From Candidatus Enterousia sp. (GTDB lineage Bacteria > Pseudomonadota > Alphaproteobacteria > Rs-D84): DNA of 64,000 bases. How positions within the stretch are numbered: position 1 is the first letter of the stretch; every line of letters begins with the position of its first letter. This document shows positions 38,303-48,483 of the stretch, one piece after another. The stretch covers positions 516-64,515 of the forward strand of contig JAZLJO010000014.1 in assembly GCA_045617905.1 (NCBI GenBank), read 5' to 3'. The translations under genes and the position numbers were made by a program. Below the pieces are notes generated by a model. It had not been told where the DNA came from, ran no database searches, and saw only the letters and a program-made list of their open reading frames with translations.

Positions 38303-39889
38303 TTAAACAAATTTTTCTGGTATAAATTTCAATATACGTTTCCATATACGACGGAATAACCATGTGTCCGGGCAACGATAATGCACACGTGGTAACACAT
38401 CATTTTGACGTTGTCCAATCCATATTGGTGCATTTCCTTGCATGGCAATCCGCCACGAAATTTGTGTATCTTTTTTTATCATATCACGTAATTTTTTTGC
38501 AAAATCTTTACTTTCAAAAATCGCAACATTTTCTGTATTAAAATATGCACTGCGTGGATCTAAATTAAAACTGCCAATCCACGAAATTTCATCATCAAAA
38601 ACAATTGTTTTACTGTGCAATACAGAAAATTTAGATATTTTTTTATTTTTCCGCCATGGTCTGCGTCCATGTAAATTTTCCGCCGCCGCCATAAATTCAT
38701 AAACATCTGCCCCAGATTCCAATAATTTTTGTCTGTATTTTTCCCATTTTGCATACACCGATGGTGCATTTGTTGATGCCAATGAATTTGTTACAATTGT
38801 TAAATGAACCCCACCATTTTCTTGGCGTAATAAATTTTCCAACCCACCCTGACCTGGGACAAAATATGCCGCAGACATATAAACACTGTTTTTTGTTTCC
38901 GCCCATAAATGTTGCAACGCGCGCACAATATCACCACGATATTCATGTTTTTCCGCCATTGTCATTTCAATTTTACGTGGCATATCTGCTAAAAATTTTC
39001 CACGTCCCCAACTGAAATCAAAATTTTTTTTCTTAAATTCAGATTGGACATACGATGTAATTTTATTATGACGGCGAACCGCATCCGCACTTTTTTCCGC
39101 CATATCCGCAAATTTTCGTTCCAAACGCCGAATTGCCCCATGCGATTTTGCACGTGGAAAAACAGACGCCGGTATTGCCAAATGATAATTCCAATATTCA
39201 TCAAAACTGGCGGTGGCATATCGGGTCATATCACCCAAAAACAAAACATCGGTATCGGAAAAATTTGATGCAGTTTCCGGATAAAAATAATTACTGCCAA
39301 CATTACGACCACCGGTAATATACGCAACATTATCAACAATAAATAATTTATTATGCATTCTGGAATTTAATCGATTAAAATCCATAAAAAATTGCGGATA
39401 ATATAAAACCGATGATCGATTGGCAACGGTATTAAAAACCTTTACTTCGATATTTTTATGTTGATTTAATAATAAAACATCCGCGATATCAGATTTTGTC
39501 CCATAATCATCCAACAATATTCGAACCTTAACCCCACGATCGGCCGCATTTTTTAATTCACCAATTAAAACCTTGGATGAAAAATCATTGCTGTATATAT
39601 ATGTCTGTAAATCAATTGTTTTTGTTGCCATACGTGCAAACGCCGCGCGTATAATAAACGCCGCCAATCCATCATCAATCAATGTTGCACCACTGATTGC
39701 ATGACCACACATCAATTCATCGGCATAGCACTGGGCAATTGGTGTTTGCATTGGATCATAATCAAAATCGGCATCTGTAATTTTTGGAACATATTCACAC
39801 AATCGTCGATCATATGTTGATGTCGGCACTGTTATATAACCAATCGGTAACCACCGTATAAAATTATTAAATATATTACCCAAAAACAA
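38303..39889 (-). CDS. phospholipase D family protein (two HKD motifs)
   Basis: HNKLFIVDNVAYITGGRN and LHSKTIVFDDEISWIGSFN. Confidence 0.85.
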   Translation of the reverse strand: MFLGNIFNNFIRWLPIGYITVPTSTYDRRLCEYVPKITDADFDYDPMQTPIAQCYADELMCGHAISGATLIDDGLAAFIIRAAFARMATKTIDLQTYIYSNDFSSKVLIGELKNAADRGVKVRILLDDYGTKSDIADVLLLNQHKNIEVKVFNTVANRSSVLYYPQFFMDFNRLNSRMHNKLFIVDNVAYITGGRNVGSNYFYPETASNFSDTDVLFLGDMTRYATASFDEYWNYHLAIPASVFPRAKSHGAIRRLERKFADMAEKSADAVRRHNKITSYVQSEFKKKNFDFSWGRGKFLADMPRKIEMTMAEKHEYRGDIVRALQHLWAETKNSVYMSAAYFVPGQGGLENLLRQENGGVHLTIVTNSLASTNAPSVYAKWEKYRQKLLESGADVYEFMAAAENLHGRRPWRKNKKISKFSVLHSKTIVFDDEISWIGSFNLDPRSAYFNTENVAIFESKDFAKKLRDMIKKDTQISWRIAMQGNAPIWIGQRQNDVLPRVHYRCPDTWLFRRIWKRILKFIPEKFV

Positions 39890-40010
39890 ATTATCCCATT
39901 CCTTTGTGTTTTGGTATTATAAAACAAAAAATATTTCATGCCAATGGAAAACATCCATAACAAATTTTAATTTAAATAAATCACACATGCCTCAGGCATT
40001 AGGTTTTCAG

Positions 40011-40039
40011 AAATAAAAATACCCCGCATGGGGTATTTT
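40011..40039 (-). terminator. rho-independent terminator
   Basis: AAAATACCCC-(4 nt)-GGGGTATTTT immediately after the stop, with a T-run on the minus strand. Confidence 0.8.
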
Positions 40040-42291
40040 TATTTCGAACACTCCGTCGTACCATCATCTTTTATTTTAAAAGTATACCCAGCACTACACT
40101 GACAATTCGGATATGTCCCTGGGGATGCCGGTGCATAAGTGGTTGGACAACTCATACACTTATTATATATCACGGAATAAACACTCGTGTTTGCAGCACA
40201 CTTACACTCTGGATAGATGCCCGTAGAACCATCTGGGCAGGTTTTATTCTCTGACATCAGGTTATTCACAAACTTTACAACATCTGCCCCATCAACACTA
40301 GATGAATTTACAGACATACACGTACTCGCCAATGCACCGCATGCCTTTATTGCAATATTATTAGTACTAGCAGTTGCCGAATAAGCCGAAGAATACCCAT
40401 TAGTACTTAAACATGCCATCAGTTCGGTTGGACAATTTTCTGCATAATTGGCAACGACCGAATCCTGTTGCGCCTTAATCGTCGTTAACGTCCGGTTCAA
40501 ATACTCAACAACGACCTGATTTTTCACCTTAAACGATCCTTTTTCATATGTATAATCCTGACATTTATTCAACACCGATATACACATACCATAATTTTTT
40601 CCCTTCTCTGCATAACCAATTTTATACATCAAATACTTCGCCAAATTATTATCAGTCGGCATATTTTTAAGTGCCTCATTTGGCATACTTTTATCTACAT
40701 AAGCCGCAACACTCCCAGTAGTCCAAGCATTCACAGCGGAAGAATCCGTATATCCCCATGTAGCATATAACCCCGAGGTTCCACCAACTGCCCCCGGTGT
40801 TCCACCAACAACAATTGCACCATCAACAATATATTTTCCGGTTGGGTCTAAACATTTTTCATAATCATCACCACAGACAAAATCATCCTGCATACATGAA
40901 TCCAATGCATTTACACATGCGCGCAAATCGTATTGATTTTTTTGTTGGGCAACCATTAAACGCGCCTTTTGTAAAACTGTTTTTGCATTACGCACCGTTG
41001 CAGTCATTTGATCATTTGAATCGGATAATTGACGTTCATACGCAATACATTGCTTGTCAATTTCCAAATCATACGCATTTGTTATTACATTTGCATCAAC
41101 ACCCTGGGCTGTGCAATTATTCAAAACCGCCGCCTTACACCGTGATGTTGCCGTTTTATATAATGTTTCACCACGTTGATTGCTGATTGTTTCTGTATTA
41201 CTGGACGTACCAAATAACGACCCCAGATCAAACCCAGTACTATCGATATTAAAATTCAATAACCCCGACAAATCCAACGACATACCATTGTTATTATCAG
41301 ACGCCGCCGCCTTACCAGTTTTGATATCGACAATCATATTTTTAATTTTATCCAACGATGTCTTTAATGAACTGTTATCGGTTTTACCACTCATCGCGTC
41401 TTCGGCCGCCGTTTGCGTAAACAATGTTTCAACTTCATCTGCCGACAAACCGATATACTGAATTTGTTGTGCAACATCTTGCAATGCCATTGTTGCTTCT
41501 TTCAACGCAGTTTCCGTTTTTTCATAATTTTTTAAATTTTTACTGCATGTGCAACGTCCCTGATTATCGTCCAAAACGTTACAATAATTATCCATACATG
41601 ATTGATACTGGGCCTTACAATAATCTGTCAATTGGGCCAATTCATCCATTGTTGTTGTATCAGTCGCCGTGGCGGCATTTGTTGCCGTTACATTAATCGC
41701 ACTGCCGATACCAGATGAACGTGCCATTGGGGCACGTGATGCCACCGCAACACCAACACGGGCATTTGCATTATATAACGAATTATTTGACGTCGTTAAC
41801 GTTGCCGCACGTGCCTGAACAGCCGGCTGTGTGGTTGCATTCATACGACGCGTCGACACATTTTGCACCGTACTATCTTTCACATTCGCAGAACGCACCG
41901 CTGTTCCACGTCCATTACGCGTCACTGTTGTACGACCAACCGCAGCATTTGTCCCCATCGTTGCTGTTGCATTCCCAACAACGGCACTGCGTGCAGATAT
42001 TGCGCGCCCACCGCTGGGCATTGCACGTGACACAGTCCCATTTGTCGATCGCGTTGGGACTGCACGCGTTGCAGCGCCACGCGCATTTGCATTACGCGTT
42101 GCAACCACATTCGAGGCCGATTGAACAATCTTTGCCTTTGGCATATCATCTGTAGAAACTTCAACACCTGTCATCACAGCATCATCTGCATCCGTATATT
42201 CAACAACATCATCTGCGATATATTCCGGTGCAACCTCAGCAAATGCGGGCATTACCAATAATCCAGCGATAACAACAATCAATCTTTTCAT
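40039..42291 (-). CDS. large secreted protein: Arg/Ala/Thr-rich low-complexity region, Cys-patterned helical core, and a C-terminal CP..Y Cys repeat
   Basis: Start moved to MKRLIVVIAGLLVMPAFA (a signal peptide) after the AAGGGA SD. It contains the motif DYCKAQYQSCMDNYCNVLDDNQGRCTC, and the C-terminus reads CPDGSTGIYPECKC...CMSCPTTY...CQCSAGY. Confidence 0.65.
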   Translation of the reverse strand: MKRLIVVIAGLLVMPAFAEVAPEYIADDVVEYTDADDAVMTGVEVSTDDMPKAKIVQSASNVVATRNANARGAATRAVPTRSTNGTVSRAMPSGGRAISARSAVVGNATATMGTNAAVGRTTVTRNGRGTAVRSANVKDSTVQNVSTRRMNATTQPAVQARAATLTTSNNSLYNANARVGVAVASRAPMARSSGIGSAINVTATNAATATDTTTMDELAQLTDYCKAQYQSCMDNYCNVLDDNQGRCTCSKNLKNYEKTETALKEATMALQDVAQQIQYIGLSADEVETLFTQTAAEDAMSGKTDNSSLKTSLDKIKNMIVDIKTGKAAASDNNNGMSLDLSGLLNFNIDSTGFDLGSLFGTSSNTETISNQRGETLYKTATSRCKAAVLNNCTAQGVDANVITNAYDLEIDKQCIAYERQLSDSNDQMTATVRNAKTVLQKARLMVAQQKNQYDLRACVNALDSCMQDDFVCGDDYEKCLDPTGKYIVDGAIVVGGTPGAVGGTSGLYATWGYTDSSAVNAWTTGSVAAYVDKSMPNEALKNMPTDNNLAKYLMYKIGYAEKGKNYGMCISVLNKCQDYTYEKGSFKVKNQVVVEYLNRTLTTIKAQQDSVVANYAENCPTELMACLSTNGYSSAYSATASTNNIAIKACGALASTCMSVNSSSVDGADVVKFVNNLMSENKTCPDGSTGIYPECKCAANTSVYSVIYNKCMSCPTTYAPASPGTYPNCQCSAGYTFKIKDDGTTECSK

Positions 42292-42400
42292 GTGAAATTT
42301 CCCTTCTTTGGTGTTAATTATAACATAATACACAAATCATAACAAACGTTTTTTACAAAAAACAATGCATTTATTTACCAATTTGGCAAAATATTTATAC

Positions 42401-42429
42401 AAAAAACAAAAATCCCCGTTTGGGGATTT
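42401..42429 (-). terminator. rho-independent terminator after proS
   Basis: AAATCCCC-gttt-GGGGATTT with a T-run on the minus strand. Confidence 0.8.
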
Positions 42430-43866
42430 TTAATATGATTTTGCAACAAAAACATACGTTGGATCTTCTTCATCCAAACAACGACGACTGATTTTATACG
42501 TATCCATCAACGTTTCAAAACGATCATTCGTTGTTAAATCATATTTAATGCGGAAAAATCCAATTTGTCCCGCCTGTAATGCAGCATCCAATGCATCTAC
42601 AGATTCAACATTATGAATCATCCCCTTATTACGTTCACGTGCCGCATTTAACATATCAACCTGCATCTGGGACAATATTTGTTGTACATTTTGCATCAAA
42701 TCTGCGTTACCAATTGAACGTTTCGATTCTTTGCCCAAATCACGACGCGTAATTGTCACCGTCCCTGTTTCCATTTCACGTCCCCCAATTTCTATACGCA
42801 ATGGCACCCCACGTTTAATCCATTTCCACATTTTATCCGGCGCCCGCATATCAGACACATCAACCAATACACGCACCCCCAACGCCCGCAAATCGTCACC
42901 CAATTTTTCAGAATACGCATTTAATGCATCCGCATTTTCATCACGCGTAATTGGAATAATTACAATTTGATATGGCGCAACCGCCGGTGGTAAAACCAAT
43001 CCATCATCATCAGAATGTGTCATAAACAGCCCCCCCATCATACGTGTTGATGTTCCCCAACTGGTTGTCCATGCATGTTGTAATTTACCATCTGTTCCCA
43101 AAAATTGAATACCAAATGATTTAGAAAAATGTTGTCCCAAATCATGCGATGTCCCGGCCTGTAACGCTTTGCCATCTTGCATAATTTGTTCATTTGTATA
43201 CGTATGGTCTGCACCGGCAAAACGTTCTTCGGGGGTTTTTTCGCCCATAATAACCGGCACCGCTAAAACCTGTTCCATATAATCACGATACATCAAATGC
43301 ATTTTTATTGCATCGGCATTGGCAGCATCGTGCGTGGCGAAAACATTATGACCTTCTTGCCAATTAAATTCAGATGTCCGCAAAAACATACGTGGCCGCA
43401 TTTCCCATCGCATAACATTAACCCACTGATTTAATTTCATCGGCAAATCACGATATGATTGAATCCAACGGGCCATTGCATCACCAATGATGGTTTCTGA
43501 TGTTGGACGGATAATATACGGTTCCGTTAATTTAGATTCTGGATCCGGTTGCAAAACCCCGTCAATATTTTTCAAACGATAATGTGTAACAACGGCGGCC
43601 TCTTTTGCAAAACCTGCAACATGTTCTGCTTCGCGATTAAAAAAATCAATTGGTATCAATAATGGGAAATTTGCATTCAAAACCCCACAGGCCTTAATTC
43701 TTTTATCCATTTCATCACGCATTAATTCCCAAATTGCCCATCCATACGGTTTAATTGTCATACATCCACGCACAGGGGCATTTTCCGCCAGATCTGCGGC
43801 AACGATTAAATTTTGATACCATTCACTAAAATTTTCCGATCTGGTTGGTGTAATTGCTGTTTTCAT
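42430..43866 (-). CDS. proS: proline--tRNA ligase (archaeal/eukaryote-like architecture, no INS domain)
   Basis: 478 aa, with N-terminal FSEWY, class II core motifs, and a C-terminal domain ending in the conserved terminal Tyr (..VAKSY). Confidence 0.93.
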   Translation of the reverse strand: MKTAITPTRSENFSEWYQNLIVAADLAENAPVRGCMTIKPYGWAIWELMRDEMDKRIKACGVLNANFPLLIPIDFFNREAEHVAGFAKEAAVVTHYRLKNIDGVLQPDPESKLTEPYIIRPTSETIIGDAMARWIQSYRDLPMKLNQWVNVMRWEMRPRMFLRTSEFNWQEGHNVFATHDAANADAIKMHLMYRDYMEQVLAVPVIMGEKTPEERFAGADHTYTNEQIMQDGKALQAGTSHDLGQHFSKSFGIQFLGTDGKLQHAWTTSWGTSTRMMGGLFMTHSDDDGLVLPPAVAPYQIVIIPITRDENADALNAYSEKLGDDLRALGVRVLVDVSDMRAPDKMWKWIKRGVPLRIEIGGREMETGTVTITRRDLGKESKRSIGNADLMQNVQQILSQMQVDMLNAARERNKGMIHNVESVDALDAALQAGQIGFFRIKYDLTTNDRFETLMDTYKISRRCLDEEDPTYVFVAKSY

Positions 43867-44708
43867 CTTGTAATCTCTTTTTCTGTTTTATCTTTTAATT
43901 CCATATATTTATCCGAAACCTGTTTTTGCAATATTTCTGCAATTTGTTTTCTATCTAATCCCACCAATGGCGGCGGTGGCAATAATGTTATTTCAACCCG
44001 AAAACCACCAATCAACATGATATGAAACACCTGCATAAATGCACTGCGTTCACGTGTGGCCAATGGACCAAAATCAATTTTTTTATTATCAAAATACCCA
44101 TAATGATTTGCCAAATCGTTATCCGATATAACATCACCATTACGAAAACGATAATGCATTGCAATTGGTTGAACAACAACATTTGAATTTTCAACAAAAT
44201 TAAACAACGTACTTTTAAACGGTTTTACATATGCCCCATTTGTTGTTGTTCCCTCTGGAAAAACGAACATAGGATATTTAACATGCATCACACATTCTTG
44301 GACATCACGCAATGCCTCGGCGGCATGGGATGGACGTCGATCTACAAAAATTACACCAAATTTTTCTGCAATCCATCCAACAATTGGCCATGAACGTAAT
44401 TCTTTTTTTGCAACAAAACTGCCACCAAATGCAATCGGAAATGTAGCAATTTCAAATATAGAAATATGATTTGATACAACCATCAATGGCCGACGTTTAT
44501 CCAATTGACCACGAACAATAATTTTTAATCCCGCCAATTTTACCAAAAACCACATAAATACCCGCATATACGCAACGGATATTCTGCCACGCGGCAACAA
44601 AATAATTATTGGCAATTGTCCGACCACCAATAACCAAAACAAAATAAAACGAAATACGGCTGATATAAAATCAAAAACGTTTGGATGTTTTACATATGCC
44701 CCAGACAT
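43863..44708 (-). CDS. olsA: lysophospholipid / lyso-ornithine-lipid O-acyltransferase (PlsC family)
   Basis: The NHISIFE (HX4D/E) and FPEGTTTNG motifs, and an N-terminal TM segment. It overlaps neighbouring genes by 1-4 nt, so it is probably part of an operon. Confidence 0.65.
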   Translation of the reverse strand: MSGAYVKHPNVFDFISAVFRFILFWLLVVGQLPIIILLPRGRISVAYMRVFMWFLVKLAGLKIIVRGQLDKRRPLMVVSNHISIFEIATFPIAFGGSFVAKKELRSWPIVGWIAEKFGVIFVDRRPSHAAEALRDVQECVMHVKYPMFVFPEGTTTNGAYVKPFKSTLFNFVENSNVVVQPIAMHYRFRNGDVISDNDLANHYGYFDNKKIDFGPLATRERSAFMQVFHIMLIGGFRVEITLLPPPPLVGLDRKQIAEILQKQVSDKYMELKDKTEKEITR

Positions 44709-45667
44709 TATTCATCACCTTTATCCGTTTCTTTAACATCTGCAATATATTCTGCATCATCCGCATCTTCTTGTAAAACAAACTGACACAACGCACGTAT
44801 AACCTTAAACGGTCCGGTTACTGGCAACAACATTATTTTACCCAACGTTTTCATCGTTCCGTCTTTTTCTTCTATATCATTTAATGCGTTCTCTGTCCCC
44901 AAGAAATGTTTTTGATACGTTGGATCCATATCACGCGTCCGAACCATTACAAAGACATCATATGAATTAAATGGCTTATCAATAAAAACACCACGTCCAA
45001 ATGTTGCCCCTAAACGCAAATACCCTTTAATCAATGGGGTCATTTGACGTTTGGCTTCATCCGCATCAACAAATTCTTCGGGCAAAATATTCATACGTGA
45101 CAATTTTGGATTAACATCCGATGCAAATTTTTCTGGTAAAACCGTTGCACGTAAATTCGCAGGTGATAAATGATTATAATACAAATATGATATCGCCTGG
45201 GCTGATGCAACAGATTTTGTCCCAGCCCACGACGCAACACCAAACAATACAGCGATACGATGTCGCACAATATATTCACCCAAACCAGCCCACAACATAC
45301 GCATCACCAATGCATTTTCACGATATTCTGGTGCCACACACGCACGTGACATTTCAACAATATTACCTTTGTATTTTTTTATTTTTGAAATATTAAATTC
45401 GTTTTCTGTATAAAACCCCCCCATTTTTTCGGCGGCACCACGATCAATAATACGATACGTTCCAACGACACGCCCATTATGAAATACAGCCATATAATCC
45501 GCAAAACGATCATATGAATCATATTCTTCACGTAAATTTTTTTGTTCTTCGGTGGCCGACGCCCCCTCTTCTTCGACAAAAACATCATACCGCAATTGTC
45601 GCACCTGCCGACGTTCATCTTTGTTACGTGTCAAACGTACTTCGAAATCACGCACCTTAATAGTCAT
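44708..45667 (-). CDS. olsB: GNAT-type N-acyltransferase resembling ornithine-lipid synthase OlsB
   Basis: QLRYDVFVEEEGA...DSYDRFADYMAV is typical of OlsB/hemolysin-like N-acyltransferases. Start moved to ATG 45667 after the AAAGGAT SD. Confidence 0.6.
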   Translation of the reverse strand: MTIKVRDFEVRLTRNKDERRQVRQLRYDVFVEEEGASATEEQKNLREEYDSYDRFADYMAVFHNGRVVGTYRIIDRGAAEKMGGFYTENEFNISKIKKYKGNIVEMSRACVAPEYRENALVMRMLWAGLGEYIVRHRIAVLFGVASWAGTKSVASAQAISYLYYNHLSPANLRATVLPEKFASDVNPKLSRMNILPEEFVDADEAKRQMTPLIKGYLRLGATFGRGVFIDKPFNSYDVFVMVRTRDMDPTYQKHFLGTENALNDIEEKDGTMKTLGKIMLLPVTGPFKVIRALCQFVLQEDADDAEYIADVKETDKGDE

Positions 45668-45763
45668 TAATAAATCCTTTTTATAAATATATGTTGTCAA
45701 GAATATCAAAGAATATGCACATTATCAATTATTTTCTTATTGTTTTTACCCTATAAACAATTT

Positions 45764-45788
45764 ACAAAAATCGCCAGAATTGGCGATT
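45764..45788 (-). terminator. hairpin terminator
   Basis: AAATCGCCA-gaat-TGGCGATTT. Confidence 0.65.
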
Positions 45789-45789
45789 T

Positions 45790-46845
45790 TTATTTCAATT
45801 TATCGGCCAGTTCTGCAATCGCAATTGCATACCAATTTGAACTGTTCCATTTTTTTATACGATAAAAATTTGGATATGTTAAATACGCATATACAACCGT
45901 TTGCGGCATAACATCTGTATCCATATCAACCGCAACATCCGTTACATCACGCGAATCTGTAATTGTTCGAACATCTGCAACTAAACCGGCTGTTATATCT
46001 GCAACCGGAATTGATGTCCCATCCGGATTGGTTATACCCATCATTGCCCATTCGGTTAATGGACGACGTGTATTTCCATCCAACAGTGTTAAATCAAAAT
46101 CAGCGGGCAAAATTACCCGACGGACAATACGTTCATGTGGGTTCCAACCTAATTTATGTAAATAATTTCCGGCACTGGCCATTGCATCACCGACACTGTT
46201 AATTATATCTATTTTCCCATCATTATTACCATCAACGCCATATTGTGCCAACGTTGTTGGTATAAATTGAAAATGTCCCATGGCACCAGCCCAACTGCCG
46301 TAAATATTATTAATTGGCAATTTGTTTTTGTCTGCAATTTTCATCAATGCAAACAACTGATTTGTAAAAAATGTTTCACGACGGCCATCATACATCAATG
46401 TCAAAAAAGCATCCGTTAAACGATATGCCGCCTTAAATTCACCATAATTTGATTCCATTCCCCAAAATGCCAAAATAACATTTGCCGGAACACCATATTT
46501 TTTTTCAACACGTGCCAATAATGTTGGGTATTTTGTCCGCATCATACGACCATTTTTAATACGCGTTTGATTTACCGTCCGCGTCAAATATCCATCCAGT
46601 GTTAATTTGAATTCTGATTGATTTTTATCACTTTTCACAATACGCGGTATAAACGCCGGTGTTTTTAATGTAGCATCAATCGTTGCCTGTGATATTTTTT
46701 GTTCGCGTGCACGCAACCGCACACCATCAACTATTGCATCCCAGCGTTCCATATCGAATTCACCAGATGCAATTGCACAATTAAACACAATAAACGACAT
46801 AACAACCGCACAAAAAATGCGTTTAACATACAGATTATTTATCAT
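45790..46845 (-). CDS. lytic murein transglycosylase (MltB/SLT_2-like)
   Basis: Signal peptide, FWGMESNYG, and GAMGHFQFIPTT. Confidence 0.85.
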   Translation of the reverse strand: MINNLYVKRIFCAVVMSFIVFNCAIASGEFDMERWDAIVDGVRLRAREQKISQATIDATLKTPAFIPRIVKSDKNQSEFKLTLDGYLTRTVNQTRIKNGRMMRTKYPTLLARVEKKYGVPANVILAFWGMESNYGEFKAAYRLTDAFLTLMYDGRRETFFTNQLFALMKIADKNKLPINNIYGSWAGAMGHFQFIPTTLAQYGVDGNNDGKIDIINSVGDAMASAGNYLHKLGWNPHERIVRRVILPADFDLTLLDGNTRRPLTEWAMMGITNPDGTSIPVADITAGLVADVRTITDSRDVTDVAVDMDTDVMPQTVVYAYLTYPNFYRIKKWNSSNWYAIAIAELADKLK

Positions 46846-46855
46846 ATTTCCCCCA

Positions 46856-48376
46856 TTAAAATGCGTATTTTACACCCAAAGATATACCAAATGATTGCCA
46901 ATTTGCATATTTTAATTGGTCTTCGTATTTTTCGGTATGTGCAGGCACCGTAACCAACACAGGAACATAAATTTCTTGTCCCGCTGAATTGGTAATTATA
47001 TCATAAACATATTGACCGTATTCATCAACCTGGAATGTCGAATATTCTGCGACATACAATTCACCACCAACTTTACCTACATGATACATGTTTGTATCAA
47101 CCTTTAATGATAATTGAACACGATCAGACAATCTGTAATTATATTCCATTTCTGCAGAATACGAATACGACCCATTACTGCCTTCGTCTAAGAAACTGGG
47201 GTTTTGCTGCCAATCCGTGCGATTTGGCCATGTTCCTTCGGATGAATATTTGGGCATACCAACCTGAACATAAAAACGTAATTTATCATTCAACGTCATC
47301 TGTTTTTCAATTTCCAAACCAAAATACAGACCACTCCACGTTGTATTATAAATATGCGTTGTTCCATCAACACGAACAGGACCATCGCCACCAATAATTA
47401 CACATTCACCACCGGCAACACCCCACGGCAATTCACCCATCGTTGAATTCCAATCAACCGTTGTTATCGTTTCACCTAATCCAATATATCCCCCCGTCGA
47501 TTCCAATGGCACAACCTTGATATCTTCGGGCGACATACAAACCTGATACAAATTTGGATCTGGGACAACATTTATCGGCAATGCAAAATAATTCCCCTCT
47601 TCATCACCATAGACATAGTCACCGCCACTGGTCATCAATGGCAAATAAACCGCCTGATTTGGATATATATGATTCGACATTTCCAAATTGTGTTTAAAAA
47701 TTTCATAACCAATCGTTGGCGACAATTTCCATCCCGCAACATCCCAAATATGACGTGCACCAAAACCTAAACGCAATCTGCTGGTATTACCAGTTTGATT
47801 CCCCATAGAAATTGTAAATATACCAATATCTGGATACGCCCAATCGTATGGTTCCAAATCATAATCCATGGACAGACCGCCACTTTCAAATTTACCATAT
47901 GCGTATTCACCATATGCAAATAAATCAAAATTACGCAAATTAAAATTATGTTGTGCCTTTACCCCAATTTCATTAAATATCATATCATCCCATTCTAAAA
48001 TGGAATTAACGCTGCTTTTAAATGAAAAATCTGCAAAACGTCGTGTATATTGTGCGGTTATTGTTGTCGCACTTTCCGTCTCAACCGGCATTGCGATACC
48101 ATTTGGGGTCATAATACCACCAAACGAACCATTTGCAGCATTTGGCATTTGCTGACGTGGTATTTGATACGTATATGAACGACTGCCAACAATTTGTTTA
48201 TTTCCAGATTGCCCAACATAATGGGTATACCCCTGATTTTGGTACGCATTATACCCAATTTGATTTGCATTTGCCCCGGACATTTTTTGATAATATGCCG
48301 GCACCCCTTCGTTTGACGCAACGGCATCAAACGACATAATCAAAGCGGTCAAAAACGCGATATAACTGCCTTTCAT
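46856..48376 (-). CDS. outer-membrane beta-barrel protein
   Basis: Signal peptide MKGSYIAFLTALIMSFDAVA, alternating amphipathic strands, and a C-terminal ..LGVKYAF ending in Phe. Confidence 0.6.
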   Translation of the reverse strand: MKGSYIAFLTALIMSFDAVASNEGVPAYYQKMSGANANQIGYNAYQNQGYTHYVGQSGNKQIVGSRSYTYQIPRQQMPNAANGSFGGIMTPNGIAMPVETESATTITAQYTRRFADFSFKSSVNSILEWDDMIFNEIGVKAQHNFNLRNFDLFAYGEYAYGKFESGGLSMDYDLEPYDWAYPDIGIFTISMGNQTGNTSRLRLGFGARHIWDVAGWKLSPTIGYEIFKHNLEMSNHIYPNQAVYLPLMTSGGDYVYGDEEGNYFALPINVVPDPNLYQVCMSPEDIKVVPLESTGGYIGLGETITTVDWNSTMGELPWGVAGGECVIIGGDGPVRVDGTTHIYNTTWSGLYFGLEIEKQMTLNDKLRFYVQVGMPKYSSEGTWPNRTDWQQNPSFLDEGSNGSYSYSAEMEYNYRLSDRVQLSLKVDTNMYHVGKVGGELYVAEYSTFQVDEYGQYVYDIITNSAGQEIYVPVLVTVPAHTEKYEDQLKYANWQSFGISLGVKYAF

Positions 48377-48483
48377 AATTTAGATCGTATGCATTATATC
48401 ATAAAAACACATATCTTTGAAATGTTTTTATTACACAACCTTTAATCTGGATTTTTTTTCAAATTGTTTTATCATGCCAACAA

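Noticed and set aside
32954-43866. Class II LysRS and an archaeal-type ProRS as signs of horizontal transfer in an alphaproteobacterium-like genome.
   Set aside because: The taxonomic assignment rests on my recollection of a few protein patterns. Without a phylogeny the aaRS types cannot be called anomalous.
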